NCBI GenBank assembly: GCA_043821645.1
Contig: JBDRCO010000068.1
Location: 128,001 to 192,000, forward strand
Direction: 5' to 3'
Source of the DNA: Pseudomonadota bacterium
GTDB taxonomy: Bacteria; Myxococcota; JACRCW01; JAFGSX01
Length of the DNA stretch: 64,000 nucleotides
The position numbers and the translations under genes are program-made. The stretch's first letter is position 1. Each line of letters opens with the position of its first letter. Shown here piece after piece: positions 1 to 9,874 of the stretch. The notes beneath the pieces are model-generated. The model did no database searches, was not told the origin of the DNA, and saw only the letters and a list, made by a program, of their open reading frames with translations.

Positions 1-1
1 C

Positions 2-247
2 GCCCCCCGCATCGGAGTGGCACATCTGGCCGGGAGCCGCGATTCGCTGATTGTCGCCGAGCTGGCACCCGGGGAGGATGGGGCTGCGGTCATCCGCGAC
101 CTCGTGTTCAGCAAGGGGGAGGACGCGCAGGTCAGTGCTGCACAGTTCCTGCAGCTGCTCGGCGAGAGTCTGAGCCGCGAGGCCAGCGCCCTGGATGGCC
201 GCGGTTCCGCGACCCTCGAGATCGTGGTCGCCGCCGCACCAATTTGA
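2..247 (+). CDS. C-terminal part of a hypothetical protein running in from upstream of the window
   Basis: Frame is open from the window start to TGA at 245-247 with GC3-rich codons; no recognisable motif. Confidence 0.5.
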   Translation, partial: APRIGVAHLAGSRDSLIVAELAPGEDGAAVIRDLVFSKGEDAQVSAAQFLQLLGESLSREASALDGRGSATLEIVVAAAPI

Positions 248-458
248 CGCTCCAGCCCTCTCCAGTGTGAGCCCGTAGCGTGACCGCCCTCACAATATCC
301 AAATATTTCTGCGACTTGCGCCAATGATGGCGTCTGGTGGGTAATCGACCTGACCGCGCCAGAGCCGTGTCCAGCATTGTCGAGCGGGGCCAAGCGCGGT
401 AGAGGACACAGCACGGCCACAATTTTTTCCACCACCGTCCCTGCACGGAGAGGATGTC

Positions 459-3400
459 ATGAACATGAAGAACAGGTTGGCGTGTCTGGCTTTGCTGAGC
501 GTGGGAGTCCTGGGGATAGGCTGCGAGCCCGAACCGCCTTCGGGTGTGGACGCGAGCATTCGCTACGATGCGGCGAGGCGAGACACCTCTGGCACGGACA
601 GCGTGGCCGCAGACACCACGGGAACAGACACCACCAGTGTGGACACCGCGGTGGATCAGGATGCGGCGGTGGGCCAGGACACCGCAAGTGGCACCGACGC
701 GACCACGACCAACGACGCCGCCACAGGCCAGGATGCGGGGGCTGGCTCTGACGCTGCCGCCGGCACCGACGGCGCAACCGTCACCGACGCAGCGGGTTGC
801 ACCCATGGCTGTGCCCAGGTCGGCGCCCTGCGCTGCGATGGCAACGCCGTGACCACTTGCGAGCTGGTCGGCGCCTGCCGCGCGTGGAGCACGCCAGTGG
901 CCTGCCAGGACGGCTGGTCCTGCTCCAACGGTCAGTGCGAGCAGTCCTGCAGCGACGAGTGCTCGATCGACGGCGCCAAGCGCTGCCTGGATAATGCCAC
1001 GGTGCAGACCTGTGGCCAGTATGACTCCGACTCGTGCAAGGACTGGGGCAACAACCTGGCCTGCACCGGCGGCACCCCTGTGTGCTCGTCGGGTGAGTGC
1101 AAGGCGACCTGCTCCAGCGAGTGCACCCAGGCCGGCGCCCGCCGTTGTTCTGGCAGCGTGGTCGAGGAGTGCGGTGATCCGGATGGCGATACCTGCCTGG
1201 GCTGGAGTGCGCTGGAGACCTGCGTGGCACCGGCGACCTGCTCTGCCGGGGCCTGCACCGACCGCTGCTCCGACGAGTGCAACGCCGTGGGAGCTCGCAA
1301 GTGCGACGGTGACGGCTATGTTGTGTGTGGCAATTCTGATACCAGCGACAGCTGCCTGGAGTACGGCAACACGGTGGCCTGCCCGTCGGGTACCACCTGC
1401 TCCGGAGGCTACTGTCAGCAGACCTGCTTCGACGAGTGCAGCGTGATCGGCGCCCGCGTGTGCCAGGGCACGGGCTACGCGGTCTGTGGTAACTACGATT
1501 CGGACAGCTGTCTCGAACTCGGCACAGTCACCGCATGCGCCCAGGGCACCACGTGCTCCAATGGCTACTGCGCCACGAGCTGCCAGAACGAGTGCCCCAC
1601 CCTCAATGCGAAGCAGTGTTATGGCGACGGCACACGCACCTGCGGTAACCACGACGGCGATCCCTGCCTGGAGTGGAGCGATGTGACGAGCTGCCAGTCC
1701 GGCTACTCGTGCAGCAACGGCACCTGCGTGCCGGGCTGCACGGACGAGTGCACGCAGAGCCAGCGCGACTGCGCGAGCGCGACCAGCTACCGCACCTGCG
1801 GCACCAACTTCGATACCGACGCCTGTTACGACTTCAGCCCGCCGGTGGCCTGTCCGCAGGGCGAGACATGCAACGCCGGCCAGTGCGCCGCCGGCTGCGT
1901 CGACGCATGCCCTGCGGGTACACCCCTCACCTGCTATGACGGCGCCACTACCTTGAGTTGCGTCACTGGAGCCAGCAGTTGCCTGGAGTGGGCCGTCAAC
2001 ACCTGCAACACCGGCTCGTCCTGCATCGGCGTGGCGTGCGCGGCCTGCACCGCTGATGCGCTCGAGCCCAACGACACCGAGGACGACGCCACGGACATCG
2101 CCACCGTCACCTCGACGCCCTTCCAGCAGAACAACCTCTCGCTGTGCCAGCCCGACATCGACTGGTTCAGGTACACGGCCACGGGCGGCCAGAACATCCT
2201 CATCGAGATCAGCTTCACCCACGCGCTGGGCGATCTGGACCTGAGCGTGTTCAACCCCGACGGCGTGCTTGTGGCGCTGGGCTGGAGCTTCACCGACAAC
2301 GAGCGCGCAGTCGTCAACAACACCGTCGCCGGGGACTACCTGATCGCGGTGTTCGGCTGGGACAAGAGCCGCCCCTACGGCGACAGCATCAGCAGCTACG
2401 GCCTCAAGCTCTCGACGGTGACCTGCACCGACGAGTGCACCGACGAGGGCGCGCGCTTCTGCACCGAGGCCAACCAGCGCGCCACCTGCGCCAACATTGA
2501 CGGCGACGGCTGCCTCGAAGCTAACGCCGCGGTCCTGGCCTGCCCGACCGGCACCGTCTGCGACCCCGGCAGTGGAGCCTGCCGGGCGTGCGAGGACGTC
2601 TGCACCCTCAACGACGAGGCCTGTTTCCGCGGTAACGAGTACGACTGCGTCAAGCCTGAGGGCTATCACTGCACCTTCTACAAGAACACGGACTCCTGCG
2701 CGCCCAACCAGGGCTGCTTTGCCGAGACCGGCAACTGCACGGCGTGCACCGCCGACGCCGAGGAGTCCAACAACACCTTCGGCACGGCTACCGTGCTCAG
2801 CGCGTATGGCACGCTCACCAACAAGACCATCTGCGCGGGTGACAAGGACTTCTACCGCGTGACGGTGCAGCCCAACCGCACCCTCGAAGCGGTGGCGACT
2901 TTTGTTCCGCGCTACGACGGTGACGACGGAGCTCTGGCCCTGGCGATCTACAAGCCGGACCAGAGCCTGCACCTGACCACCCTGGGCGGCAGCGACGTGC
3001 CCGTGCGCTTCACCAACACCACGGGCGCGGCCATCAACGCGTGGATCGAGGTGTCAAGTGCGTACCAGGGAGATACCCAACCCATGTCCACCAACACCTA
3101 CACGCTGACCCTGACCGACAGGGGCTGCCAGAACGGCTGCGACCTCGAGGGCGCCCTGAAGTGCTCTGGCACCAACGTGCAGCTCTGCACCGATACCGAC
3201 GGCAATGGCTGCACCGAGTGGCGGGCCGCCCAGACCTGCACCAACCTGTGCCAGGACATCCTGGGCCAACCCTGCGACCAGCTGTCCTGCGCCGGCGACA
3301 ACTGTATCTGGCCCTGCGCGGCTGACGTCTACGACGCAGCGGCTCCCAACGACGACGCGCAGCATGCCACCTTGCTGGCCGTCGGCGGTGGTGCCCAGAA

Positions 3401-4217
3401 CCTGACCCTGTGTCAGGGCGACCTCGACTGGTTCAAGGTGCTGGTGCCGGCCAACCAGTCGCTCAAGGTGGTGGCCGAGGTCACCATAGGCGGCATGGCG
3501 CTGTTCGGCGTGGACGAGGAAGGTAACATCCTGGCACAGCCCAGGACCGTGGGGCTCACCGACAGCATCGTCATGTCCAATCCCACGGCGAGCCAGGTGA
3601 CCATGTACTTTGCTGTGGTGGCGACGGAGGAAGGCGGCGGCACCAGCCAGTACAACATCACCTCCATCGCTACCGGCGCGTGCATCAGTCCGTGCACCTG
3701 GGAGGGCATGTACTACTCGTGCAAGGACGGCAGCGTTCGCTCGCTGTGCGACGAGACTGACGACGGAGATATCTGCTACGAGTGGGACACGCTGTACGAC
3801 AACACATGCGGCGGGGCGACCACCGCGTGCTTGCTGGGTAGCTGCGTCTACCCCTGCACGCCCGATGGCTTCGAGGGCGGCGATGGCAACGACACCTTGG
3901 GGAGCGCCTCCACTCTGTCGAACGGCGCGACCGCCAACCTCACGCTGTGCGGGCTCGACCAGGACTGGTTCGTCATCCCGGCCGTGGCGCTGGGCAGCGT
4001 TGTGACCGTTGCCGCCTCCATCACGACCTCGCTGGACCAGGGCGACCTGGACCTGATCCTGTATGATCCACTCGGCTACCCGGTGGACGCAGCGACGGGC
4101 ACCCTGAGTCCCGAGACCGTGAGCGTCACGGCACGCATGGCAGGCGACTACTACCTGCTGGCGAGGCTCGCTGCCGGCAGCTACGCGGCCTACTCGCTCA
4201 ACCTGACCCGCCAGTAG
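459..4217 (+). CDS. Large Cys-rich surface lipoprotein with about 12 eight-Cys repeats and 4 PPC-like beta-sandwich domains
   Basis: Lipobox-like signal (LLSVGVLGIG-C), D/T-rich linker, ~51-aa repeats CxxEC..GA..C...C..xDxDxCLEW...C....C..G.C, four 'DxxExND...NLxLCxxDxDWF' modules; RBS GGAGAGG upstream. Confidence 0.85.
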   Translation: MNMKNRLACLALLSVGVLGIGCEPEPPSGVDASIRYDAARRDTSGTDSVAADTTGTDTTSVDTAVDQDAAVGQDTASGTDATTTNDAATGQDAGAGSDAAAGTDGATVTDAAGCTHGCAQVGALRCDGNAVTTCELVGACRAWSTPVACQDGWSCSNGQCEQSCSDECSIDGAKRCLDNATVQTCGQYDSDSCKDWGNNLACTGGTPVCSSGECKATCSSECTQAGARRCSGSVVEECGDPDGDTCLGWSALETCVAPATCSAGACTDRCSDECNAVGARKCDGDGYVVCGNSDTSDSCLEYGNTVACPSGTTCSGGYCQQTCFDECSVIGARVCQGTGYAVCGNYDSDSCLELGTVTACAQGTTCSNGYCATSCQNECPTLNAKQCYGDGTRTCGNHDGDPCLEWSDVTSCQSGYSCSNGTCVPGCTDECTQSQRDCASATSYRTCGTNFDTDACYDFSPPVACPQGETCNAGQCAAGCVDACPAGTPLTCYDGATTLSCVTGASSCLEWAVNTCNTGSSCIGVACAACTADALEPNDTEDDATDIATVTSTPFQQNNLSLCQPDIDWFRYTATGGQNILIEISFTHALGDLDLSVFNPDGVLVALGWSFTDNERAVVNNTVAGDYLIAVFGWDKSRPYGDSISSYGLKLSTVTCTDECTDEGARFCTEANQRATCANIDGDGCLEANAAVLACPTGTVCDPGSGACRACEDVCTLNDEACFRGNEYDCVKPEGYHCTFYKNTDSCAPNQGCFAETGNCTACTADAEESNNTFGTATVLSAYGTLTNKTICAGDKDFYRVTVQPNRTLEAVATFVPRYDGDDGALALAIYKPDQSLHLTTLGGSDVPVRFTNTTGAAINAWIEVSSAYQGDTQPMSTNTYTLTLTDRGCQNGCDLEGALKCSGTNVQLCTDTDGNGCTEWRAAQTCTNLCQDILGQPCDQLSCAGDNCIWPCAADVYDAAAPNDDAQHATLLAVGGGAQNLTLCQGDLDWFKVLVPANQSLKVVAEVTIGGMALFGVDEEGNILAQPRTVGLTDSIVMSNPTASQVTMYFAVVATEEGGGTSQYNITSIATGACISPCTWEGMYYSCKDGSVRSLCDETDDGDICYEWDTLYDNTCGGATTACLLGSCVYPCTPDGFEGGDGNDTLGSASTLSNGATANLTLCGLDQDWFVIPAVALGSVVTVAASITTSLDQGDLDLILYDPLGYPVDAATGTLSPETVSVTARMAGDYYLLARLAAGSYAAYSLNLTRQ

Positions 4218-4425
4218 CAGCCGGGCTGGGGCGCTGCCCCTCGGAGCACGGGTGGCGCCCGACCTCCTTCTCTCGACCTCTCCCTGTCAGCATCTGATTC
4301 ACATCCTGTCCCTGTCCGGGGCCGACCTCGGGCTCCTGCCTTGCCTCGAAAACGGTTGACAGGTTCGGGCCAAGTCGCTTGTATCTGGTCCTCTCGTCAG
4401 GCGGCGGTCTCGACGAGGATGGTAC

Positions 4426-4500
4426 AGGCGCGTAGTTCAGTGGGAGAACGCTACCTTGACACGGTAGAGGTCGGTGGTTCGAAACCACTCGCGCCTACCA
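4426..4500 (+). tRNA. tRNA-Val(GAC)
   Basis: Acceptor stem AGGCGCG/CGCGCCT, anticodon arm CTACC-TTGACAC-GGTAG, T-loop GGTTCGAAACC, encoded CCA end. Confidence 0.97.
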
Positions 4501-4501
4501 G

Positions 4502-4534
4502 AAACCCGCGGCATGCTGCTGCGGGTTTTTTTTT
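4502..4534 (+). terminator. Rho-independent terminator after tRNA-Val
   Basis: Hairpin AAACCCGCGGCA-TGC-TGCTGCGGGTTT running into a T tract. Confidence 0.85.
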
Positions 4535-4582
4535 GGATCGGGGGCTGGCGTGTGCGCACGTCACCTCGCGCCGGGAGGCTTC

Positions 4583-5320
4583 ATGGCAGGCAAGAGCAAG
4601 CGTGGCCGGGGTCCCGTTCGAGCGGCAGCGGGTGCACCACAAGCCCAGCCCGCCGCTCCTGGCGGCTATGAGGACGAGGTGACCGTGCGCGAGGTCGCTG
4701 CATCCGAGCAGTCGCCCAGGCGCCCTGGACGTGTGCGCCCGGTGCTGCCTCCGAAGCCCGACACGGATCCCATGCTGGGCGAGGAACCACCGCCAACCCG
4801 GCCGCACTTCACGGTCGAGCTGGTCGGCGATCAGGTCGGCCAGGCCATGAGCCAGATCGTGCACGAGGCCCAGTACTGGCTCAACAAGGGCCGCTACAAC
4901 AAAGTTCGCGTCACCCGCGCGGGCAAGCCCCTGCTGCCGGACATCCCCGTCGGAGCGCTGCTGGCCATAGAAGCCGCCACCTTCTTCTGGGCTGGCATGC
5001 TGCGGGGTGTGGTGGCCAACATCGCCGGCAATGTGCTGTTCGAGGTGGAGCTGATCAACGACGCCAAGGAGCACCTCAACCGCGGTCGCAAGCTGTTCCT
5101 CGACGGAGAGCTGGACGAGGCGCAGAAAGCCATGCAGCTCGCCCTCGAGATCGATGAGCGAGACGCCGAGATCCACATGGGCTTTGCCTCCCTGCTCAAG
5201 GCCCGAGGTTTGCGTGGCCGTGCCGTGGGACATTACCGGCGCGTCATCGAACTCGATCGCGAGGGCAACCTGGCCGAGGAGGCCCGGCACCAGCTCGAGA
5301 AGCTCGGGATCGACCTGTGA
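4583..5320 (+). CDS. TPR-containing protein
   Basis: GGAGG at 4574-4578 before ATG 4583; C-terminal TPR-like helices (AKEHLNRGRKLF...ALEIDERDAEIHMGFASLL...YRRVIELD). Confidence 0.75.
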   Translation: MAGKSKRGRGPVRAAAGAPQAQPAAPGGYEDEVTVREVAASEQSPRRPGRVRPVLPPKPDTDPMLGEEPPPTRPHFTVELVGDQVGQAMSQIVHEAQYWLNKGRYNKVRVTRAGKPLLPDIPVGALLAIEAATFFWAGMLRGVVANIAGNVLFEVELINDAKEHLNRGRKLFLDGELDEAQKAMQLALEIDERDAEIHMGFASLLKARGLRGRAVGHYRRVIELDREGNLAEEARHQLEKLGIDL

Positions 5321-5847
5321 AGCGACCTGGTGTCGTCCTGGCCCTGCTGCTCGCAGCCTGCGGAGGAGCACCCGGGGAGACAGGGCGCACCGGTTCGCGC
5401 CTGCCTCCAGGCTTCGAGGTCCGCCTCGACCAGGTCGTCTACCACCGCCTCGACGAACAGGGCCTACAGATCGAGGCCAGCACGGACCACGTGCTGCTCT
5501 CGCCCAGCTCGGGTCAGGCCCGCTTTCGACGGCTCACCCTGGCTCACCGCGCCGGATCTGCCAGCGGTGGCCTGGTCAGCCTGGTCGCGGGTGGAGGCAG
5601 CTCGAACCTGCTGACTGGCAAGTTGTTACTCACCGACGGGGTGCGGGTCGAGGACAGGCTTGGGCGAGTCCTGGATGTGCCCTCCGCGGCCTTCGATCCC
5701 GATGCCCGGGCTCTCGCGGGCCCCGGGCCAGCCACCCTGACCGGTCCGAACTATCACCTGCGTGCGGACAAGGGTGCCGTGGTCGACCTGGAGACGGCGA
5801 GTGTCGACCTCCTGGGTCCTGTCAGCGGATACATCGAGCCCCTGTGA
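5317..5847 (+). CDS. LptC-like LPS export periplasmic protein (lipoprotein signal)
   Basis: GTGA overlap with upstream stop, LLLAAC lipobox, beta-jellyroll-like pattern (LLLTDGVRVED...GPATLTGPNYHLRA..G..VDLET..V.LLGPVSGYI) typical of LptC. Confidence 0.6.
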   Translation: MKRPGVVLALLLAACGGAPGETGRTGSRLPPGFEVRLDQVVYHRLDEQGLQIEASTDHVLLSPSSGQARFRRLTLAHRAGSASGGLVSLVAGGGSSNLLTGKLLLTDGVRVEDRLGRVLDVPSAAFDPDARALAGPGPATLTGPNYHLRADKGAVVDLETASVDLLGPVSGYIEPL

Positions 5848-5972
5848 TCCTGTGCCGCAGGACCCCGCCGTACGCTGTGAGACGCTCCCCGGGACGAGGA
5901 TGCAGCCGGTGTGCTCATCGAGGGGGACGGGGCTGCGAGTGAGGAGACGGAGCCGGGGGGTGACCGCGAGGT

Positions 5973-6635
5973 CTACTCGGGTACCTCGCTATCCTTGGGG
6001 GGACGGACCTCGAACAGAGGCTCATTGGCCACGCGCTCGCCCTCGATATCGATCACGTAGCGATAGACGCCGGCCTCGGGGAAGCGCATCGACGGGAAAT
6101 CCACGGCATGCTCGATGCGGTTCTTGCCCGTGAAATCAGCGATGCTCTCGGCGCTGCCGATGACCTTGCCGCGGCCGGTCATGACCGTCACGCTCATGCG
6201 CATGGCGCGGCCTGCACCGCCCTCGAGGTGGGCACAGACACTGAGCGGGTCCGTCGAGAATGGAAACTCCGGCGCCACGAAGAAGGTCACGCGCTCGGGC
6301 TTGGGCACGCACTTGCCACCCTTGATGACGATGGAGCGAGCCGCAAACACGCGCTTGACCTTGACCTTGCCATCTCCGGTCACGGCGTTCTTGCGCAGGC
6401 TCAGGGTCGGGTCGTCAGCATTCTGCGAGGACGGGCCCACGTTCTTGGTTGCCTGCTTGAGATCCCCGAGGCCACTTTTGCTGTCACCCAGGGTCCCTCC
6501 CAGGGCCTCGAACAGATCCGCCGACTCGTCCTTGTCCTTGGCGGGCTTCTTCTCGGCAGCCAAGGCCGCCGACGCGGAGAGCACAAGGCTGATGCCCAGC
6601 ATGGCCCGCAGCGCGACTGTCCCCCGGGTCTTCAT
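5973..6635 (-). CDS. Hypothetical secreted protein with C-terminal Ig-like beta domain
   Basis: Start MKTRG overlaps upstream stop (ATGA); signal peptide ending ALA-AE; C-terminal FPEAGVYRYVIDIEGE. Confidence 0.65.
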   Translation of the reverse strand: MKTRGTVALRAMLGISLVLSASAALAAEKKPAKDKDESADLFEALGGTLGDSKSGLGDLKQATKNVGPSSQNADDPTLSLRKNAVTGDGKVKVKRVFAARSIVIKGGKCVPKPERVTFFVAPEFPFSTDPLSVCAHLEGGAGRAMRMSVTVMTGRGKVIGSAESIADFTGKNRIEHAVDFPSMRFPEAGVYRYVIDIEGERVANEPLFEVRPPKDSEVPE

Positions 6636-7156
6636 TTCGTGCTCCCCTCGAGCCACTCGAACAGTTGCTCCGTCTCGAAGCGTAGCGAGGTCACCATCCA
6701 GCGCTCCGCCACCTCCCCGGAGGCCGGGGCCAGGTAGTACACAATCTCCCACACGGCTGGCTTGAGTGGATGGTAAGTGGCGTAATACACCGCGACCACC
6801 CGACTCGAACCAGGCAGCGGCCTTTCGCGCAGCAGCTCGTGGCTGCTCGCGCGCCCCAGTCGATTCTCCAGCTCGGTCATGCGCTCGGCCAGATGCTGGC
6901 GCTTGCCCTCGCTGATCGCGAACACAGGACTCAGACCCTCCATGGCGCGCGGATATTCACCGGCCACCACGGCGTCGAAGAAGGGTGCGCTGATGGCCTG
7001 CAGAGCCTGGCGTCGGGCCTGGGTCGGATCGGGGGGCTTGGTGGTCACAGCCTTGGCCGGTGCGGCCGGCCGGGCACCAGGAGCCACGGGTCGCGAAGGT
7101 TGTGCGGCGAGGGTGAGGGCTGTGCTCAGCAGGAGCATGGCACTGCATGGCATCAT
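6632..7156 (-). CDS. Hypothetical secreted protein
   Basis: Signal-like N-terminus, Pro/Ala linker, translationally coupled to the next gene. Confidence 0.6.
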   Translation of the reverse strand: MMPCSAMLLLSTALTLAAQPSRPVAPGARPAAPAKAVTTKPPDPTQARRQALQAISAPFFDAVVAGEYPRAMEGLSPVFAISEGKRQHLAERMTELENRLGRASSHELLRERPLPGSSRVVAVYYATYHPLKPAVWEIVYYLAPASGEVAERWMVTSLRFETEQLFEWLEGSTK

Positions 7157-7240
7157 GAGTTCACGCTACACCGGCTCCCCGGGCCCTGCAATGCTGGTGG
7201 CCGGTGCACTGGCCACGCCGTGCCGTGCAGAGGATAGAAC

Positions 7241-8041
7241 ATGACACGCGTCAACAGCTTCGCCTTGCTCACGGACTTCGGCACCCACGACGGCTACGTC
7301 GGAGCAGTCAAGGCGGTCATCGCCAGCCTGGTGCCCGATGCCCATTTCATCGACCTGTGCCACGAGGTGGCTGCGCAGGATGTGGTGCACGGGGCCCAGC
7401 TGCTACAAGATCTGTCGCCCTACCTGCCGCGGGCCTGCGTGGTGCTGGCCGTGGTCGATCCCGGCGTGGGCACGGCGCGACGTGGGATCGCGGTCGAGTG
7501 GGTGGGCCACCAGCGCTGGCTGGTGGGACCGGACAACGGCCTGCTGTGGCCAAGCATCGCCGGCAAGGAGGTCAGGATCCACAGCCTGGAGAACTCCGAG
7601 TACCGGCTGCCGCAGGTGGCCTCGACCTTTCATGCCCGCGATGTGTTCGCACCTGCAGCGGCGCACCTGGCACTCGGGATTCCCGTCGAGCGCTTTGGAG
7701 CCGAGGTCACCGACCCCCGGGTGCTGGAGCTGCCGCAGCCCGTCGTCAGCACACGGCAGATCGCAGGGGAGATCCTGCGTGCAGACCACTACGGAAACCT
7801 GATCTCGAGTATTCCTGAAACCCTACTACCTGGTGATGTGCCACGCGAGCAGCTCCGCGTTCAGCTGGGTGACGTCGAGATCGCAGGTGTGGTGGCCAGC
7901 TATGGTCACCGGCCTGTGAACAATCTGCTGGCCACGGTGGGAGGCTTTGGACGGATCGAACTGGCGGTCCATGGCGGTTCTGCGGCGCAGCGCCTGGGCT
8001 ACCGTCCGGACGCCAGTTATTCGCTGCTGGTGCGCTGGTAA
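7241..8041 (+). CDS. SAM-dependent halogenase/hydroxide adenosyltransferase family (DUF62), probably SAM hydrolase type
   Basis: Motifs LLTDFG, VVDPGVGTARR, GPDNG, STFHARDVFAP, DHYGNL. Confidence 0.9.
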   Translation: MTRVNSFALLTDFGTHDGYVGAVKAVIASLVPDAHFIDLCHEVAAQDVVHGAQLLQDLSPYLPRACVVLAVVDPGVGTARRGIAVEWVGHQRWLVGPDNGLLWPSIAGKEVRIHSLENSEYRLPQVASTFHARDVFAPAAAHLALGIPVERFGAEVTDPRVLELPQPVVSTRQIAGEILRADHYGNLISSIPETLLPGDVPREQLRVQLGDVEIAGVVASYGHRPVNNLLATVGGFGRIELAVHGGSAAQRLGYRPDASYSLLVRW

Positions 8042-8046
8042 GCTGC

Positions 8047-8343
8047 TCAGGCCGTGGCCAGAGAACGGAGCCAGGACAGGTCGTCGGCGTCGGGGATGGG
8101 AAAGCTGTCCAGGTCGAAGCCCGCCTGTGCGCGCTGTTCCAGATCGGTGGAAGTGAACTCGATGGCGTAGGGCACGCCCACCCGGTCACCGAGCGCGCCC
8201 TCGACCCGTCGGATCTGCCACAGCTCACGCTGGCGAAGCCGCTCGCTGTAGCGATCCAGGGTCGGCGGCATGGGGTCCAGATCGGTCTGATGCTCCAGCC
8301 AATCGCCAAGTCCAAGGATGCGGATGGTTCGACGACGGGGCAC
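8047..8343 (-). CDS. Small hypothetical protein
   Basis: 98-aa ORF filling the gap, same strand as upstream genes; no motif recognised. Confidence 0.5.
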   Translation of the reverse strand: MPRRRTIRILGLGDWLEHQTDLDPMPPTLDRYSERLRQRELWQIRRVEGALGDRVGVPYAIEFTSTDLEQRAQAGFDLDSFPIPDADDLSWLRSLATA

Positions 8344-8445
8344 GGCTGTACTTTCTACGAGTGTCGACGGATGGGTGGTTCTTATTCGAGCCCAGAAGAC
8401 CTGGCAAGCGCTGTCTTCGTCGTCCTCAACGCGCCAGGCGAGGGG

Positions 8446-9366
8446 TCAGGGTGATCCCCGCACCGCAGGGGGGATTCGGGCCTGGATGGCGTTGATGGTT
8501 CCGCGGTAGCCCACCACACCGTGGGGCTGTCCTTCGATGCGTGCGTGCAGAGCTGTGGACCAGCCGCCATCGAGGTTCAGTGCCCAGCGCAGGCCCAGCC
8601 CACCCGCCTTTTCGTCGCGCGCGGCGAACTCGGCCAGGTCGCGCAAGGTCACACCCGTACTGGTGGTCTGGCGGTTGAGGTAGACCACACCCGCCGTCTC
8701 CTGAGACACCGCCCTGGCGTCGTAGGCCACGGCGAGAACCAGGTGCAGGTGGTCATCGATGCCGACCAGCGAGCGGGCATCGCTCCGCGCCTGGGTGCGT
8801 TCGCGAACCAGGCTCTCACCGTCGGCAACCAGGCGATCGATGCTCTGCAGCGCGTGGTGGATCTCGGGCGAGGGTTTGAACGCGTCCCGGTGCATGATCT
8901 CGGGAACACTCCCCGCCACCACGAACACCCCGGACCCTCCATTGCTTCGGAAGCGCTTGACCTGGTGCCCGTGGGAGACCACCAGCCCCAGGGGGCCGCT
9001 GTCGTCGTAAAATCCACCGTTGATGGCGAGGTAGTCGCCGGGCTCTCTTTCGGCCAGGGACGTGATCTCGGTGATCCGGCGGGGCGCATTGCTGGCGACC
9101 TCGACCGAGAGCTGCACGCCTTCTGGCTTGATGTGTGCAATCCAGATCTCACCGACCTGTGGACCCTGCCGGTAGCGCCAGCGATCGAGGGTGAGAAACT
9201 CCCCGGCGTCTTTCCAGTGCCCCAGCGCCTGCTCCAGGGCGAGGGGAGGCAAGTCGATCGAGCTGGGCTGTGGACAGCCCACCAGGCTCAGCAGTCCGGG
9301 AAGCAACGCGGCGGATGCCTGGGCCGCGAGACAGAGCCGCGCCAGTCGTGGTGCCAGGCGCCACAT
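8446..9366 (-). CDS. Phosphodiester glycosidase (NAGPA-like) family lipoprotein
   Basis: AINGGFY, ARSLVGID and ALNLDGGWST motifs; lipobox LSLVGC. Confidence 0.85.
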   Translation of the reverse strand: MWRLAPRLARLCLAAQASAALLPGLLSLVGCPQPSSIDLPPLALEQALGHWKDAGEFLTLDRWRYRQGPQVGEIWIAHIKPEGVQLSVEVASNAPRRITEITSLAEREPGDYLAINGGFYDDSGPLGLVVSHGHQVKRFRSNGGSGVFVVAGSVPEIMHRDAFKPSPEIHHALQSIDRLVADGESLVRERTQARSDARSLVGIDDHLHLVLAVAYDARAVSQETAGVVYLNRQTTSTGVTLRDLAEFAARDEKAGGLGLRWALNLDGGWSTALHARIEGQPHGVVGYRGTINAIQARIPPAVRGSP

Positions 9367-9372
9367 GGGTTT

Positions 9373-9795
9373 CTAGCGTGCCCGCGAGGTGGTCTTGCGC
9401 AGGCGCCGGCTCAAGACCTTGATGATCCCGAGGGCGATCTCGGGTTTTTCAGTCAGGATGTCTGCGAAATCTTCCTGCTGTATTCGCAGCAGCGTGACGT
9501 CGGTGACAGCGGTGACCGAGGCCGAACGCGGCTCGCTATCGAGCAGGGCCATCTCACCGACAACCTGCCTTTCCCCCAAAACCGCGATCTCGAGCTCGAC
9601 CTTGTGCACCCGCACCTGACCCGAGATGATGAGAAAGAGCGAATCCCCGAGTTCACCCTCGCGCATGACCAGTTGCTCGCGCTCGAACTCGACCTCGTCC
9701 GCAATCTGGGCAATCTGCGACAGATCCTCACCCGAGATCTGACCGAAGAGCTCGACCCCTTTGAGGAACAGTACTTTCTCGACGGTGGAGATCAT
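9373..9795 (-). CDS. Stand-alone cyclic-nucleotide-binding domain protein
   Basis: STVEKVLFLKGVELF N-terminus, REGELGDSLFLIISG, GEMALLDSEPRSASV phosphate-binding cassette. Confidence 0.92.
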   Translation of the reverse strand: MISTVEKVLFLKGVELFGQISGEDLSQIAQIADEVEFEREQLVMREGELGDSLFLIISGQVRVHKVELEIAVLGERQVVGEMALLDSEPRSASVTAVTDVTLLRIQQEDFADILTEKPEIALGIIKVLSRRLRKTTSRAR

Positions 9796-9874
9796 CCCTT
9801 GCCTGTTCCTGGTGGCGGTCCATCGAGCCCGGCGGCGCGCTGCCCGGCAGTATCGGAGCGACCGGCGGTGAGCG

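Noticed and set aside
132-2972. 946-aa minus-strand ORF and other long antisense ORFs (e.g. 17496..20264, 50707..53820, 11760..13799, 24654..26498)
   Set aside because: Shadow frames of well-supported genes; expected in high-GC DNA; no motifs.
4356-4387. Sigma-70 promoter for tRNA-Val (TTGACA at 4356)
   Set aside because: No convincing -10 hexamer at 16-18 bp spacing.
4426-4500. tRNA-anchored genomic island at tRNA-Val or tRNA-Pro
   Set aside because: No integrase and no duplicated tRNA 3' end seen in the window.
7241-8041. Chlorinase/fluorinase with a halometabolite cluster
   Set aside because: Asp/Arg/His residues of the hydrolase type appear retained (VDPGVG..RR, TFH), and there are no biosynthetic neighbours.
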